From Thermococcus sp. JdFR-02 (GTDB taxonomy: Archaea > Methanobacteriota_B > Thermococci > Thermococcales > Thermococcaceae): a DNA stretch of 64,000 nucleotides. Shown one piece after another: positions 1 through 10,933 of the stretch; within the stretch, counting starts at the first letter, position 1; each line of letters starts with the position of its first letter. The notes below the pieces were generated by a model. That model was given only the letters and a program-made list of their open reading frames with translations, did no database searches and was not told where the DNA came from. The stretch lies in NCBI GenBank assembly GCA_002009975.1, contig MTLP01000028.1:44534-108533 (forward strand), given 5' to 3'. The translations under genes were made by a program, and so were the position numbers.

Positions 1-3000
1 TTAGCTATTATTTCAAAAGAGCCAGAAACAGCAAAAGATCCAATGGAAAAAATTGAACCTAAATTGCTTGACATACTAAAAGGCAAAGTAGAAGTTTATG
101 TCCCAGAAGTGAATGGGAAAAAACTGCTACCTATACATATAGTTACAACTTCTGACATTTCTTCAAAGTTGAGAGGTGTGGAGGTAGTTGGCAAGAGTGA
201 AATTGCGGGAATGACAGTATATTTAGCGTTGGTTCCAATTAAAGAGGAAAGTGAGAGGATAATATTAAAGATTGCGTCCATTCCTGAAGTTGAAGCAGTT
301 ACAAGAACGAATCCCTTTGAACCTATTGGAGACGTTAAGCCTATTGAAGAAAAAGAGAACCGAGAATTTGTTAAGATTCCAAAATCAAAGTTTTCTAAGT
401 TAATAGAATTAAAAGGAGAATGGTTCCCAGAAGAGGTTAATGGTTATAGAGTAGTTAAACTGACAGATCTTCTTCCAGAGAAACTAAAAGAGCTACAGGA
501 TCAAAGTCTTGCAAGAAGAGGGGAGATAACTTTAGAAAAAAGAGAGGTTGAGGTTAAAAACCCAATTCAACCACAAGACTATTTTGCGATCTACCATCAT
601 GGAGCATTAAATACTTGGGTAGATTTGGGCATTACAGGAGCTGGGATCAATGTGGCAATAATTGATAGTGGCGTTGACTTTGGAAATCCAGATTTGCAAG
701 ATGCTTATGCTGTTGAAATGAATCCAGAAAGCCCGTATTATGGATGGCCAATAGCCTTTAGCGGACACTCAATGATTTGGTATCTTTTGATGAACATGAC
801 ATTCCCAGATTATATCTACTCCTGGTATGCTAACACTTCAAGATATGTCTTATCTCCAATAATAATGGAAGGAAACTTTAGCATAGGTTATAAAGGAAAC
901 TTCACCACAGTATTCACTTCTATGGACTTGGCAAACGTTATTGATGATTATGAGAGAGCAGACATAATAAACGCAACACTTGACTGGATTGGAAATGTAA
1001 GCACTATTCTCTTGGTCGATGATGATGGAGAAGATCTTCTAGAAGAATTTTATGTAAATGCTTTAGACATCCTTGGAGTGAACTATACATATTACGAAGT
1101 CCCATATGGCAAGATAGGTCCCAACTCTACCGTAATGAGCAATTACGACTTGGTTATGTGGTTTACTGGAGCAACTTATAAAGACACCTTAACGGTTGAA
1201 GACATTGGAAATCTAACAGAGTATTTAGATAATGGTGGAAAATTATGGTTCATTAGTCAGGACTACCTATATGACAAAGATGATGGTCCAATTTACACCA
1301 ACAGGCATGTAATATACAAGCAGGAGAATGCTACTGCACCACCAGAAGGTAATAGTACAGAACACTACTTCAATGTGACAGCTAGCGCTCCGATTCTTAG
1401 GGTTGTTACAACAAGCGATTATAGCAACTTAGATATTGATATTGAGCTCTATTACTATAATGAAACAAGTGGAGAATGGGAATTTATTGACGATTCAGAT
1501 GGCTTAGATTCAATGGAAGAAATTATCATTGAAAATCCACTAATAGGTCAGTACATGGTTGATGTATATAGCTTTGAAAATCCAGAATATGACAATGCTA
1601 CGTACACTATAAAAGTTGAAACTGCTAACATATCAGGATACTTTACTTATGAATATCTACATGTTGGGAATGTCTCCATAGAGGATATGCCAGTACCTAC
1701 AGTGCTTGAAGACTTTAATGGAGCAAAATATCGCGCAGGTGAGGTGTATTATGGAATTTACGAGAGTCCTACGGACATATGGGCAGACTATATAGTTCCC
1801 GACGAAAATGCTACAGTCTTATTAAGAGGATACACTGCTTATGCAACTAATGGATCTACCATCTACCTTGTTAAATTGCCATTAAATAATAACTTAGAGG
1901 TTCCAACACAAAGCGAAGAAGTCCATTTAGGATTACATCCAGATTTAGCACTTTGGTTCTACTGGTATGGAGGATGGGTATTGGTAACAGATCCAAATAA
2001 TGCAACGGTTTATGACACAGTCTATGTGGACCTTACTCCAGTATGGGGAGTTCCAGATTTCAATGAGGATGTGGGACATACTAAAAATAATCCAGTGGTT
2101 CAATTAGACTTCTGGGATGCATTTAACGATGAATTTGGTCAAGATGGATACGCTGACCTTTCAGGTGGACTAATTTACTTCATAGCAGATGGACAAACAC
2201 CAATACCCTATGCAGATATAGTTGCTTCTAGATGGGGACTTAACCTACCAATTCCAGAAAATGGTGAGTTAGTGGCGTTTATGATAGGTACGGACTGGAT
2301 TGGAGGAGGAGATCACGGTACATTATGTGCAGCTGCAGTTGGAGCAAGAGGAAGAACGTTTATGGGGTTAACATTTGGTACAGCAATTGAGGCAAAAATA
2401 ATAGCTGAAGGTTCTCTCTATTCAGGTGGAAGTTGGTTTGACTACGTTTACTTTGCTGTTCAAGGTTACGATGGAGTCCCAGGCACAGGAGATGAAGCAT
2501 TTGTTGTAAGCAATAGCTATGGAAACTCCTACGTAATTAACAAAGGCTACTACTATGCAGATAGATTTATTGATTTTGTAACAACTCTCTATACTCCATG
2601 GGTAACGTTCCTCTTTGCTGCAGGCAATGGCGGTCCAGGTTATGGAACAGTTACAAGTGAGGGAGCTTCTCCAGGAGTAATTACTGTAGGAGCTGCAGTT
2701 GAATATGGATATAGAAACTTATTTGGATACGATGGTGGTCCTTTAGGATACGAATTTGCAAATTATGGGGACGTTGTGGAGTTCTCTAACAAAGGTCCAA
2801 ACGCATTGGGGCAAGTTGATCCTGACATTTTAGCAGTGGGTGCATTTGCACTGGGAAGTTTACCTGTTAACAGCATAGGAGATGGATTCTGGGCAAGCAC
2901 TTTGTGGTCTGGAACAAGTCTAGCAACTCCAATGGCTGCTGGTATCACGGCTTTGGTTTACCAGGCATACTATCTAGCACATGGAACTTACCCAACAAGC

Positions 3001-5835
3001 CAAGAAGTTAGGGAAATCTTAATGAGTACAGCAGATAATGTAAATCACGATGTCTTTAGCCAAGGTGCAGGATTCCTAAATGCTTATAGAGCCGTTATGG
3101 CGGCATTAAACCAAGAGGGAATAGTTGTATCTCCATCACTATGGCAAGCTGGAGACTATAACGGACAAGAGTATAGGGCATTTGCAAAGATCATGTATCC
3201 TGGAGAAAGTGACTCACAAGAGTTCGTAGTTAAAAACATGAATCAAGCTGCAGATAAAAATGTAAGCGTTTCAGCAGAGATTTTCGAAAAGATAGGAGAG
3301 ACCACATTTGAGGTTTCTGTGGGAGGTTTGTATAGAATAGACCAATATATCCCAGATGATGCAGAATTAATGAAAGTCACAATGTACATTCCATACGAGC
3401 AATTCGATGAGGATTGGGACTATTCATATGACACATACTTATATTTCGAGCTCTTTGCATGGACAGATACAAATGGTAATGGCACAGTCGAGTTCTGGTA
3501 TGAGACAAATAGGATACAACATGCAGCAAAAGCTGGAACTACAGCATCAACAATGCTTGGAAATCCATGGGATAAATTCACAGATGGATTGCTCTTGAGA
3601 ATTAGGGCTGGAGGCTATAACAATATAGTGAAGCTTGAGTTCTACAAGAGGGTTCCATGGGAGTGGGTTACAATTGATAATTCAAGCTTAATAGTTGCAG
3701 CTAATGGAAGTGCTACCTTCACAGCAACATTAACGGTTCCAGAAGATACACCATTTGGAGTATATGAAGGTGCTATTTACTTGAAATATGATGGAACCGA
3801 AACTACAATCCCAATAAGCGTTGTTGTTGCTTCACCAACGCCAGAATTTGAATTTGGTGGCGATATAAACGCAACAGGACTTTATGATAATTCAAATGTC
3901 TACGGCTATATGGACTGGTGGTGGAGATACGAAAGTGGAGACTGGAGATTGTTCTACTTTGACATAGGGGATGAGTACAGTATTGGTGACAACACTTACG
4001 TAGTAGCAGATGTCTCATGGGATGGATCCCTCCCAACTGATATTGACTTACATCTCCTAGGACCTGAAGAAGATGACTGGAGCTATTACTTCCCCGAGAT
4101 TTATGGTCCATACGCACTTAATGTAATTGCATCAAGTAAGGACACCTACATGGGGTCTGGAATATTCCAATTTGCAACTTCAAGCGGTGGAACAAGAGAG
4201 ATAATAGCAGGGAAGGCACAAAATGGTTTGCACGCTTTATGGCTACACAATGTCCTCTTTGATGGAAATGCAAGCTTTAGAACATTCTATGGAAGAGTAG
4301 GTCTGCTTAATGTATATCCAAATGAGTGGAATGAATATATAACCCAAGAAAATGGAACAATGCAGTTCCTAGTTTCAAGAACAATAGACTTTGGAAATAT
4401 CACAGCAAGTGCTAAGTCAGCAATTACTGAAGGATACAAGGATGTTTTGGCTCCTGATACGGGAGATAGCCATTATTATGCATTTAATGTCACCACAGGA
4501 TCTGTGAGATTGCATGTTAAACTAACCAGCATTTACGACGATTTAGCTGGAGTAGACTTAGATTTGTATGTGTACTACAATGGACAATTGATTGGTTCTT
4601 CATTGTCTCCAACTTCAGACGAGGAAGTTGTTGTGGATGACCCAGAGCCAGGAGAGTACATTATTGAGGTTTATTCATGGAATAATCCAGTTCCAGGAGA
4701 AGCTACATATGACCTAGAAATATACGATTTTGGTGGAGAGAAGTTAGAAGTGTTGGACATTACGGAAATTGGGACTGAAGAGTACCAAATTGACCTAGCG
4801 TATCATGATATACCTGTAAATGAGAGTACATTAGGAACTGAAGTGAAAGGCTTAGTATTCATAGGCTCAGACCTAGCGCCAAAGTTAGTTACGGTTCCAG
4901 TAACTCTTATTGTTGGCAACATCAGCTCAAGAGCAGATACGAGAATAGTTAATGTGATCTTAGAAAGTGAGGAAGATGTAATCAAAGTTGGAAGTACCGT
5001 TAGTATAAAAGCTACTATAGTCAATGAAGGTCCAGCAATTGCTTCAAATGCTGAAGTTGTGCTCTTTAAGGACAATGTTCCAATAGATAGGGTAGTGTTA
5101 GGAGACTTTAACATCAGTGAAGTTTATGAAGTGGTATTCAACGTTACTATAACGGACGACATAGCTCATGAATACAAAGTAGTTGTTAGCTCTGACAATG
5201 ACTACAATATGGGCAACAACTACAACATAATGAACATTAAGGGTATGGAAGTTGAAGAATTCTTGTTCTCTGAAACAGGAAATGTCACAATAAACGCAGT
5301 CTTTGATGGAATTGCGGAGGTTACTACGGTAGAGAAGAAGGAGAGAAAGATTGAGGTTACTGTGGATGGAACTCACGGTGCTATAGTTACATTAATGTTT
5401 AACCTACCACGTGACTTACACTACTACGATGTCATAATCTATGATGCAGATTTGATAAGTAGTAGAATAATAAGGGTAGCAACTTCGACAATTCTTGAAG
5501 TTAAAGTGCAACTACATTCACCAGCACAAATTACCGTTGAATACATGACAGCTTCAGAAGCATTATACCAAATAGGAACCCTCTGGTATGTAGTCTACAA
5601 CAAGAAACTTGATACGTTTGAAGAACTCTACAATAAAGCTGTTGAACTTGGAATTGATAATGAAACGATTCAAGAGGCTCTACATCACAAAGAAATCGCT
5701 GAGCAATATTATGAAGAAGCGGGCAAATTCGGTCCTATAATAAGGAATCTAACAAATCCAAAAGTGCTTCCATATTTGAGAAAAGCGTATATTCACATGA
5801 AGAGAGCAGTAGAAATTTTGACAGAAGCTTTGTAA
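1..5835 (+). CDS. Very large secreted S8 subtilisin-like (pyrolysin-type) serine protease with PPC and CARDB-like domains; 5' end lies outside the window
   Basis: Frame is open from base 1 to the ATG at 43, and no signal peptide is visible. Catalytic motifs: IIDSGVD (Asp ~664), DHGTLCA (His ~2314), AAGNGG, SGTSLATP (Ser ~2917). Helical C-terminal tail typical of Thermococcales surface proteins. Confidence 0.92.
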   Translation, partial: LAIISKEPETAKDPMEKIEPKLLDILKGKVEVYVPEVNGKKLLPIHIVTTSDISSKLRGVEVVGKSEIAGMTVYLALVPIKEESERIILKIASIPEVEAVTRTNPFEPIGDVKPIEEKENREFVKIPKSKFSKLIELKGEWFPEEVNGYRVVKLTDLLPEKLKELQDQSLARRGEITLEKREVEVKNPIQPQDYFAIYHHGALNTWVDLGITGAGINVAIIDSGVDFGNPDLQDAYAVEMNPESPYYGWPIAFSGHSMIWYLLMNMTFPDYIYSWYANTSRYVLSPIIMEGNFSIGYKGNFTTVFTSMDLANVIDDYERADIINATLDWIGNVSTILLVDDDGEDLLEEFYVNALDILGVNYTYYEVPYGKIGPNSTVMSNYDLVMWFTGATYKDTLTVEDIGNLTEYLDNGGKLWFISQDYLYDKDDGPIYTNRHVIYKQENATAPPEGNSTEHYFNVTASAPILRVVTTSDYSNLDIDIELYYYNETSGEWEFIDDSDGLDSMEEIIIENPLIGQYMVDVYSFENPEYDNATYTIKVETANISGYFTYEYLHVGNVSIEDMPVPTVLEDFNGAKYRAGEVYYGIYESPTDIWADYIVPDENATVLLRGYTAYATNGSTIYLVKLPLNNNLEVPTQSEEVHLGLHPDLALWFYWYGGWVLVTDPNNATVYDTVYVDLTPVWGVPDFNEDVGHTKNNPVVQLDFWDAFNDEFGQDGYADLSGGLIYFIADGQTPIPYADIVASRWGLNLPIPENGELVAFMIGTDWIGGGDHGTLCAAAVGARGRTFMGLTFGTAIEAKIIAEGSLYSGGSWFDYVYFAVQGYDGVPGTGDEAFVVSNSYGNSYVINKGYYYADRFIDFVTTLYTPWVTFLFAAGNGGPGYGTVTSEGASPGVITVGAAVEYGYRNLFGYDGGPLGYEFANYGDVVEFSNKGPNALGQVDPDILAVGAFALGSLPVNSIGDGFWASTLWSGTSLATPMAAGITALVYQAYYLAHGTYPTSQEVREILMSTADNVNHDVFSQGAGFLNAYRAVMAALNQEGIVVSPSLWQAGDYNGQEYRAFAKIMYPGESDSQEFVVKNMNQAADKNVSVSAEIFEKIGETTFEVSVGGLYRIDQYIPDDAELMKVTMYIPYEQFDEDWDYSYDTYLYFELFAWTDTNGNGTVEFWYETNRIQHAAKAGTTASTMLGNPWDKFTDGLLLRIRAGGYNNIVKLEFYKRVPWEWVTIDNSSLIVAANGSATFTATLTVPEDTPFGVYEGAIYLKYDGTETTIPISVVVASPTPEFEFGGDINATGLYDNSNVYGYMDWWWRYESGDWRLFYFDIGDEYSIGDNTYVVADVSWDGSLPTDIDLHLLGPEEDDWSYYFPEIYGPYALNVIASSKDTYMGSGIFQFATSSGGTREIIAGKAQNGLHALWLHNVLFDGNASFRTFYGRVGLLNVYPNEWNEYITQENGTMQFLVSRTIDFGNITASAKSAITEGYKDVLAPDTGDSHYYAFNVTTGSVRLHVKLTSIYDDLAGVDLDLYVYYNGQLIGSSLSPTSDEEVVVDDPEPGEYIIEVYSWNNPVPGEATYDLEIYDFGGEKLEVLDITEIGTEEYQIDLAYHDIPVNESTLGTEVKGLVFIGSDLAPKLVTVPVTLIVGNISSRADTRIVNVILESEEDVIKVGSTVSIKATIVNEGPAIASNAEVVLFKDNVPIDRVVLGDFNISEVYEVVFNVTITDDIAHEYKVVVSSDNDYNMGNNYNIMNIKGMEVEEFLFSETGNVTINAVFDGIAEVTTVEKKERKIEVTVDGTHGAIVTLMFNLPRDLHYYDVIIYDADLISSRIIRVATSTILEVKVQLHSPAQITVEYMTASEALYQIGTLWYVVYNKKLDTFEELYNKAVELGIDNETIQEALHHKEIAEQYYEEAGKFGPIIRNLTNPKVLPYLRKAYIHMKRAVEILTEAL

Positions 5836-5842
5836 TCTTGAA

Positions 5843-5878
5843 TTTCTCTTTTCTTTTTTAGTTTTTTAATTTTTAATT
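5843..5878 (+). terminator. Oligo-T archaeal terminator region
   Basis: Successive T-tracts immediately after the protease stop codon. Confidence 0.55.
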
Positions 5879-5941
5879 CCGAAAGTTTTATAATGCTATT
5901 TTAATTAACTTAAGTTGGCAAAACTATTTGGGGGTATAGTA

Positions 5942-6841
5942 ATGCTAGGGACCCTTGCAATTGTGGTACTTGGAGTGTTTTTGCTTTTGATGCTTGTTTT
6001 AAGCGTGAAAGTGATACGACCATACCAAAAGGGCTTAGTTGAAAGGCTTGGAAAATTCAACAGAATTTTAGATCCTGGAATACACTTTATTGTGCCTTTT
6101 ATGGAAAGTGTGAAAGTAGTTGACATGAGGGAGCACGTGATAGATGTCCCACCTCAAGAGGTCATTTGTAAGGATAATGTGGTTGTTACAGTAGATGCGG
6201 TTGTTTATTACCAAGTGCTTGATCCAGTAAAAGCTACTTACAACGTGAGCAACTTCTTAATGGCAATAATCAAACTTGCACAGACCAACTTGAGAGCAAT
6301 AATTGGTGAAATGGAGCTTGATGAGACCTTAAGCGGTAGAGATGTAATTAACGCTCGCTTAAGAGAGGAACTTGACAAAATAACCGACAGATGGGGAGTA
6401 AAAATTACGAGGGTTGAAATCCAGAGGATTGACCCACCAAGGGATATTCAAGAGGCAATGGCAAAGCAAATGACAGCTGAGAGAGAAAAGAGAGCAATGA
6501 TTCTCCTAGCAGAGGGTGAGAGGGAGAGTGCAATTAAGAAAGCTGAAGGTGAAAAGCAAGCAAGGATTTTAAGGGCTGAAGGTATGAAACAAGAGCAAAT
6601 TCTCGTTGCAGAGGGTCAAGCTGAAGCAATTAGAAAGGTTTTAGAAGCATTAAAGTTGGCGGATGAGAAGTATTTGGCTTTACAATACATAGAAAGACTA
6701 CCAGAGCTAGCAAAATACGGAAACTTAATTGTGCCTTATGACACTGAGTCTTTAATTGGTCTCCTTAGAGTTCTTCAAAAAATTGGAAAAACAAAAATGC
6801 CTATAAGCACTGAAAACGTAGAAAAAACAGGTGAGCAGTGA
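5942..6841 (+). CDS. SPFH/band-7 (stomatin/prohibitin-like) membrane protein
   Basis: N-terminal TM helix; VERLGKF, QEVICKDNVVVTVDAVVYY and AMAKQMTAEREKRA motifs; ATG 5942 preferred as start. Confidence 0.93.
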   Translation: MLGTLAIVVLGVFLLLMLVLSVKVIRPYQKGLVERLGKFNRILDPGIHFIVPFMESVKVVDMREHVIDVPPQEVICKDNVVVTVDAVVYYQVLDPVKATYNVSNFLMAIIKLAQTNLRAIIGEMELDETLSGRDVINARLREELDKITDRWGVKITRVEIQRIDPPRDIQEAMAKQMTAEREKRAMILLAEGERESAIKKAEGEKQARILRAEGMKQEQILVAEGQAEAIRKVLEALKLADEKYLALQYIERLPELAKYGNLIVPYDTESLIGLLRVLQKIGKTKMPISTENVEKTGEQ

Positions 6842-7254
6842 TGGAATATCTTCCTCTTTTACTTTTAATTTTGGGCTTGCTTATAGTAGTGCTTGATATG
6901 ATGATTACAGCATTTATAACGCCAATTGGAATTGCATTTGCAACCTTAGGGCTTTTGTTAATGTTTAACGTTAATTTTAACGTTGCTTTTGTGATATCAT
7001 TAATAGCCGCAGTTGTGAGCTATCACCTCTTTGCAAAGTTTATAAAAAAGGGCACTGAGGATATTGGAAAACCAAGATACACTTTTGAGCTGAAGGGCAA
7101 GAAAGGAAAAGTGAGTCATGTTAAAGGAGATGAAGTATGGGTAGAGCTTGAAGGAGAAGAATGGCTAGCTAAACCTCTTGAGGATGTGAATGAAGGGGAT
7201 GAAGTAGTGGTTGTTGATGTTGATGGAATAAAATTAATTGTTCGTAAAGCTTGA
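6838..7254 (+). CDS. NfeD-family short membrane protein (stomatin operon partner)
   Basis: TM helices plus C-terminal OB-like GEEWLA...VVVVDVDGIKLIV; GTGA overlap with the SPFH gene. Confidence 0.88.
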   Translation: MMEYLPLLLLILGLLIVVLDMMITAFITPIGIAFATLGLLLMFNVNFNVAFVISLIAAVVSYHLFAKFIKKGTEDIGKPRYTFELKGKKGKVSHVKGDEVWVELEGEEWLAKPLEDVNEGDEVVVVDVDGIKLIVRKA

Positions 7255-7301
7255 ATAAGTTTTTAAATCTCCATCCTCTTTTCTCTATTAAGGTGGATTA
7301 A

Positions 7302-7604
7302 ATGAAGATTTATGTGAAAGTTTATCGCGTTCAGGGAGAGGTACTGTTAGCTGCTTGTGATGAGGAGTTAATTGGAAAAACCCTTAGAGAGGGGGAGCTT
7401 AAGTTAGAGGTCAAAGAACGCTTTTATAAAGGAAAATTGGTTGAAGTTAATGCCTTGGAGGAGCTTTTAGACGAAGCTACTATAGCAAACTTAGTTGGAG
7501 AGAGATGCGTGGGCAAAGCTATTGAGCTCGGTTATGTTGATAAAGATAGGGTACTTTACATCCAAGGAATTCCTCATGCACAGATGGCTAAACTTTTATG
7601 GTAA
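7302..7604 (+). CDS. DUF424 family protein
   Basis: LLAACDEELIGK, FYKG, ANLVGERCV, IPHAQ motifs. Confidence 0.85.
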   Translation: MKIYVKVYRVQGEVLLAACDEELIGKTLREGELKLEVKERFYKGKLVEVNALEELLDEATIANLVGERCVGKAIELGYVDKDRVLYIQGIPHAQMAKLLW

Positions 7605-7612
7605 ACTGAGAG

Positions 7613-8779
7613 GTGATATCGGTGAGATTCTGTTATAGGTGTGGAATTAGTGAGAGTGAGGGAGGTCCTTTAATTGATGGATTATGCCAAGTTTGCTTTA
7701 GAAAGGAAAACCCAGTCCTTTTAATGGAAAGTGAGATAAATACAGAGCTTTGTCAAAACTGTGGAAGTTATAAGAAGAGAGGAGTTTGGGTTGACCCAAA
7801 AACTTATGAGCTCGACGAATTAATATTTGAAGTTGCTGATAATGCTTTAATTGAGAGCTTAACTTTCGATGAGAGGATCAGAGAGTTCCACATTGTTTCA
7901 AAAGAAGAGCTTGAAGAAATTGGTGATTTACCTATTGGAATTGCATATGTTAGCTATGAGCCAATTAACTGGCATATTGAGTATTTCCCAGCAATTGTAA
8001 CTTATAACGTGGAAGTCAAAGCCAGAATTCATGAGCTACAGAGAGAGCTTCACCATGAAAAGAAAGAGATTATTGTCTATGTAAGGCAAACCGTTTGTCC
8101 AAGATGTCAAAAGTTCCTTGGTGGTTACTTTGAGGCTATTTTACAAGTTAGAGCTCAAGAAAGGGAACTGACGAAGGAAGAGAGGGAGGAGATTGCAAAG
8201 CTTGTTCAAGAAAAAGTCGATGAGATAATGAGAAAGGATAGAATGGGTTTTATTCAAGAAACAGTTGAACTTGAAGAAGGGATTGACTTTTACATGGGTT
8301 CGAAAGGCTCTGCAAGGAAATTAGCTCAAGCTATTAGAGATAAGTACGGTGGAGAAATAAGCGAAGCCTATGAGCTGGTTGGCGTGGATAGACAGACGAG
8401 TAAAGAGGTTTATAGAACAAGTGTAAGTGTTAGACTTCCAAAGTTCAGAAAAGGTGATATTGTGGGGGATAAAAGGGGTAATGTTTACAGGGTTGAGGAA
8501 GTAAACGGAAAGGGGATGGGCTTAAGGAACCTCTCTACTCATAAGAGCGAGCATAAAGATTGGAAAGCGATAAAGAGGGAAGAGGTTGATCTAGTAGAAC
8601 ATGAGAAAAAAGAAGCCATGCTCACGAGTTTAACACCTAAAGAGGCTCAGTTTATGGACATGGAAAGTTATGAAACTTTTGAGATTGAGAAGCCGAGTAT
8701 AGAACTTAAAGAGGGCGAAGTTTACAAGCTCGTGAAAATCAGAGGAAGATACTATATCGAAGGCAAAAAGAAAAACTGA
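7613..8779 (+). CDS. nmd3: NMD3-family ribosome biogenesis protein
   Basis: Four CxxC pairs; [19 protein letters not shown]. Confidence 0.9.
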   Translation: MISVRFCYRCGISESEGGPLIDGLCQVCFRKENPVLLMESEINTELCQNCGSYKKRGVWVDPKTYELDELIFEVADNALIESLTFDERIREFHIVSKEELEEIGDLPIGIAYVSYEPINWHIEYFPAIVTYNVEVKARIHELQRELHHEKKEIIVYVRQTVCPRCQKFLGGYFEAILQVRAQERELTKEEREEIAKLVQEKVDEIMRKDRMGFIQETVELEEGIDFYMGSKGSARKLAQAIRDKYGGEISEAYELVGVDRQTSKEVYRTSVSVRLPKFRKGDIVGDKRGNVYRVEEVNGKGMGLRNLSTHKSEHKDWKAIKREEVDLVEHEKKEAMLTSLTPKEAQFMDMESYETFEIEKPSIELKEGEVYKLVKIRGRYYIEGKKKN

Positions 8780-8846
8780 TTTTTCCACACTTTTGACCCA
8801 TAATGTTTTTAAATGTCTTTTCTTTTTGAATTTTAGGTGGACCAAA

Positions 8847-10172
8847 ATGACCAGGAGAGTTGTTATTATCGGTGGTGGAGCTGCGGGAATGAGCACAGCT
8901 TCGAGAGTGAAGAAGTTGAAGCCTAGTTGGGATGTTAAAGTTTTTGAAGCAACGGGATGGATTAGTCATGCCCCCTGTGGAGTTCCTTATGTCATTGAAG
9001 GAATTTCACCAAAGGAAAGGTTAATGCACTATCCCCCAGAGTTCTTTATCAAAAAGAGAGGTATTGACCTGCATTTAAATTCTAAGGTTGTTGAAGTCGA
9101 ACAGGGTTATGTTAGAGTACAAGAGGGAGATAGGGAGAAAAAATACGACTGGGATTATCTAGTTTTTGCTAATGGCGCTTCTCCAAAGGTACTGCCAATT
9201 GAGGGTATTGATTTAAAGGGTGTTTTTACAGCTGATCTCCCTCTAGATGCAGTTGCAATCCAAGAATACATGCAAAAATATGATGTTAGAGACGTCGTTG
9301 TAATTGGGACTGGTTACATAGCTTTGGAAATGGCTGAAGCATTTGTTGCTCAAGGTAAAAATGTCACACTAATTGGGAGAAGTGGAAGAGTTTTAAGGAA
9401 AACCTATGACAAGGAGATTACTGATGTAGTTGAGCAAAAACTTAAGGAACACTTAAATCTTAGATTAAAAGAGCTAACAGTTGAAATTAAAGGAAAAGAG
9501 AGGGTTGAAAAAGTAATAACTGATGCAAGCGAATACAAAGCGGATTTGGTTATTATAGCAACTGGAATAAAACCAAATATTGAATTAGCTAAGCAGTTAG
9601 GTGTTAGGATCGGTGAAACTGGGGCAATTTGGACAAATGAAAGGATGGAAACAAGTGTTGAAAATGTTTATGCAGCTGGTGACGTTGCAGAAACAAGACA
9701 TCTAATAACTAAAAGAAGAGTTTGGATTCCTTTAGCCCCAGTAGGTAATAAAATGGGTTATGTCGCTGGCTCCAATATAGCGGGGAATAGTATAACTTTT
9801 CCGGGCATTTTAGGAACTCAAATAACAAAGTTCATGGATTTAGAAATTGGAAAAACAGGTTTAAGTGAGACAGAGGCAATAAAAGAAGGGTATGATGTTA
9901 AAACAGCATTTATTGAAGCGAAAACAAAGCCTCATTACTATCCAGGAGCAAAGGAGATTTGGCTCAAAGCAATAGCAGAGAAAGAAACAAACAAACTCTT
10001 AGGCTTACAAGCAGTTGGAAGCGAAGTTTTACCAAGAATCGATGCCTTTGCAATAGCTTTGCAAGCAGGTTTTACAACTAAGGACTTATTCTTTAGCGAC
10101 TTAGCATACGCACCGCCATTTGCCCCGGTTTGGGATCCATTGATTGTTTTAGCGAGGGTCTTGAAGTTTTAA
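8847..10172 (+). CDS. cdr: CoA-disulfide reductase / NAD(P)H:sulfur oxidoreductase
   Basis: GGGAAG FAD motif, SHAPCG redox Cys, C-terminal [13 protein letters not shown]; AGGTGG RBS before ATG 8847. Confidence 0.9.
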   Translation: MTRRVVIIGGGAAGMSTASRVKKLKPSWDVKVFEATGWISHAPCGVPYVIEGISPKERLMHYPPEFFIKKRGIDLHLNSKVVEVEQGYVRVQEGDREKKYDWDYLVFANGASPKVLPIEGIDLKGVFTADLPLDAVAIQEYMQKYDVRDVVVIGTGYIALEMAEAFVAQGKNVTLIGRSGRVLRKTYDKEITDVVEQKLKEHLNLRLKELTVEIKGKERVEKVITDASEYKADLVIIATGIKPNIELAKQLGVRIGETGAIWTNERMETSVENVYAAGDVAETRHLITKRRVWIPLAPVGNKMGYVAGSNIAGNSITFPGILGTQITKFMDLEIGKTGLSETEAIKEGYDVKTAFIEAKTKPHYYPGAKEIWLKAIAEKETNKLLGLQAVGSEVLPRIDAFAIALQAGFTTKDLFFSDLAYAPPFAPVWDPLIVLARVLKF

Positions 10173-10915
10173 ACCCTTATTAAATATTTTTTGCTCTCTT
10201 CTCCAAATCCTCTGAAAGAACCGAGCTTTAGCTTTAACAATGCTTTATCAATATTTATTACCTTCATGGAGGCTATATGGGTAATCCCAGTTTCTTTAAA
10301 GAACTCTGGAAGTGCTTGAGCACTTGGACCGACTAAAATTCTAAGCTTAGCTTTTTTGGAACGTTCTAGAATCAGGTCTAAGGTGTCATTAATCAATGCT
10401 GAGCCGCTAATTAATAATGCATCCATCTTTGGCAGCAAACGATATTCTAAAGCATCGCTAAAGGTTTCTTTATCCATTATCTTTGGATTTCTCTCGAAAA
10501 CATAGACTTCGTAACCTCTTTCCTTCATACTTTTAACCAGTGGGGGCATGTTTCCAATTAATGCTACTCTTCTAATTCCTTCAGTTTTAAAGACAATCTC
10601 ACTCCCATCTTCTTCATTTGCACAGCTTAAATCAATGTAGTACTGGGAGACAGCATTTATTGCTGCTATTCCAAGTGTTCTCTCTATTATGTTCAGGCTG
10701 TTGGATTTTTCTATAAAACTCTCAACGCTAATCTCTTCAAAGCTCGATTTGTAAACCTGTATTTCCTCTGGTAAAGTCATTGCAACTCCAAGGGCTTTTC
10801 CTTTTTTGCCTCCTATTAGAACATATGTGTAAGGCAAAGCAAAAGAGAAATCTAAGATTCTAAGATCTTCATTAATTATTGAGAGGGCTTTTTCCTTTAG
10901 CTCATCAATTATCAT
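10169..10915 (-). CDS. DUF364 Rossmann-like (putative heavy-metal chelation) protein
   Basis: [36 protein letters not shown] motifs. Confidence 0.8.
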   Translation of the reverse strand: MIIDELKEKALSIINEDLRILDFSFALPYTYVLIGGKKGKALGVAMTLPEEIQVYKSSFEEISVESFIEKSNSLNIIERTLGIAAINAVSQYYIDLSCANEEDGSEIVFKTEGIRRVALIGNMPPLVKSMKERGYEVYVFERNPKIMDKETFSDALEYRLLPKMDALLISGSALINDTLDLILERSKKAKLRILVGPSAQALPEFFKETGITHIASMKVINIDKALLKLKLGSFRGFGEESKKYLIRV

Positions 10916-10933
10916 TAAGCTCACCACTGAATT

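Noticed and set aside
8780-8846. SurR site upstream of cdr/nsr
   Set aside because: Only a mismatched GTT-N3-AAA overlapping the TATA; no exact GTT-N3-AAC
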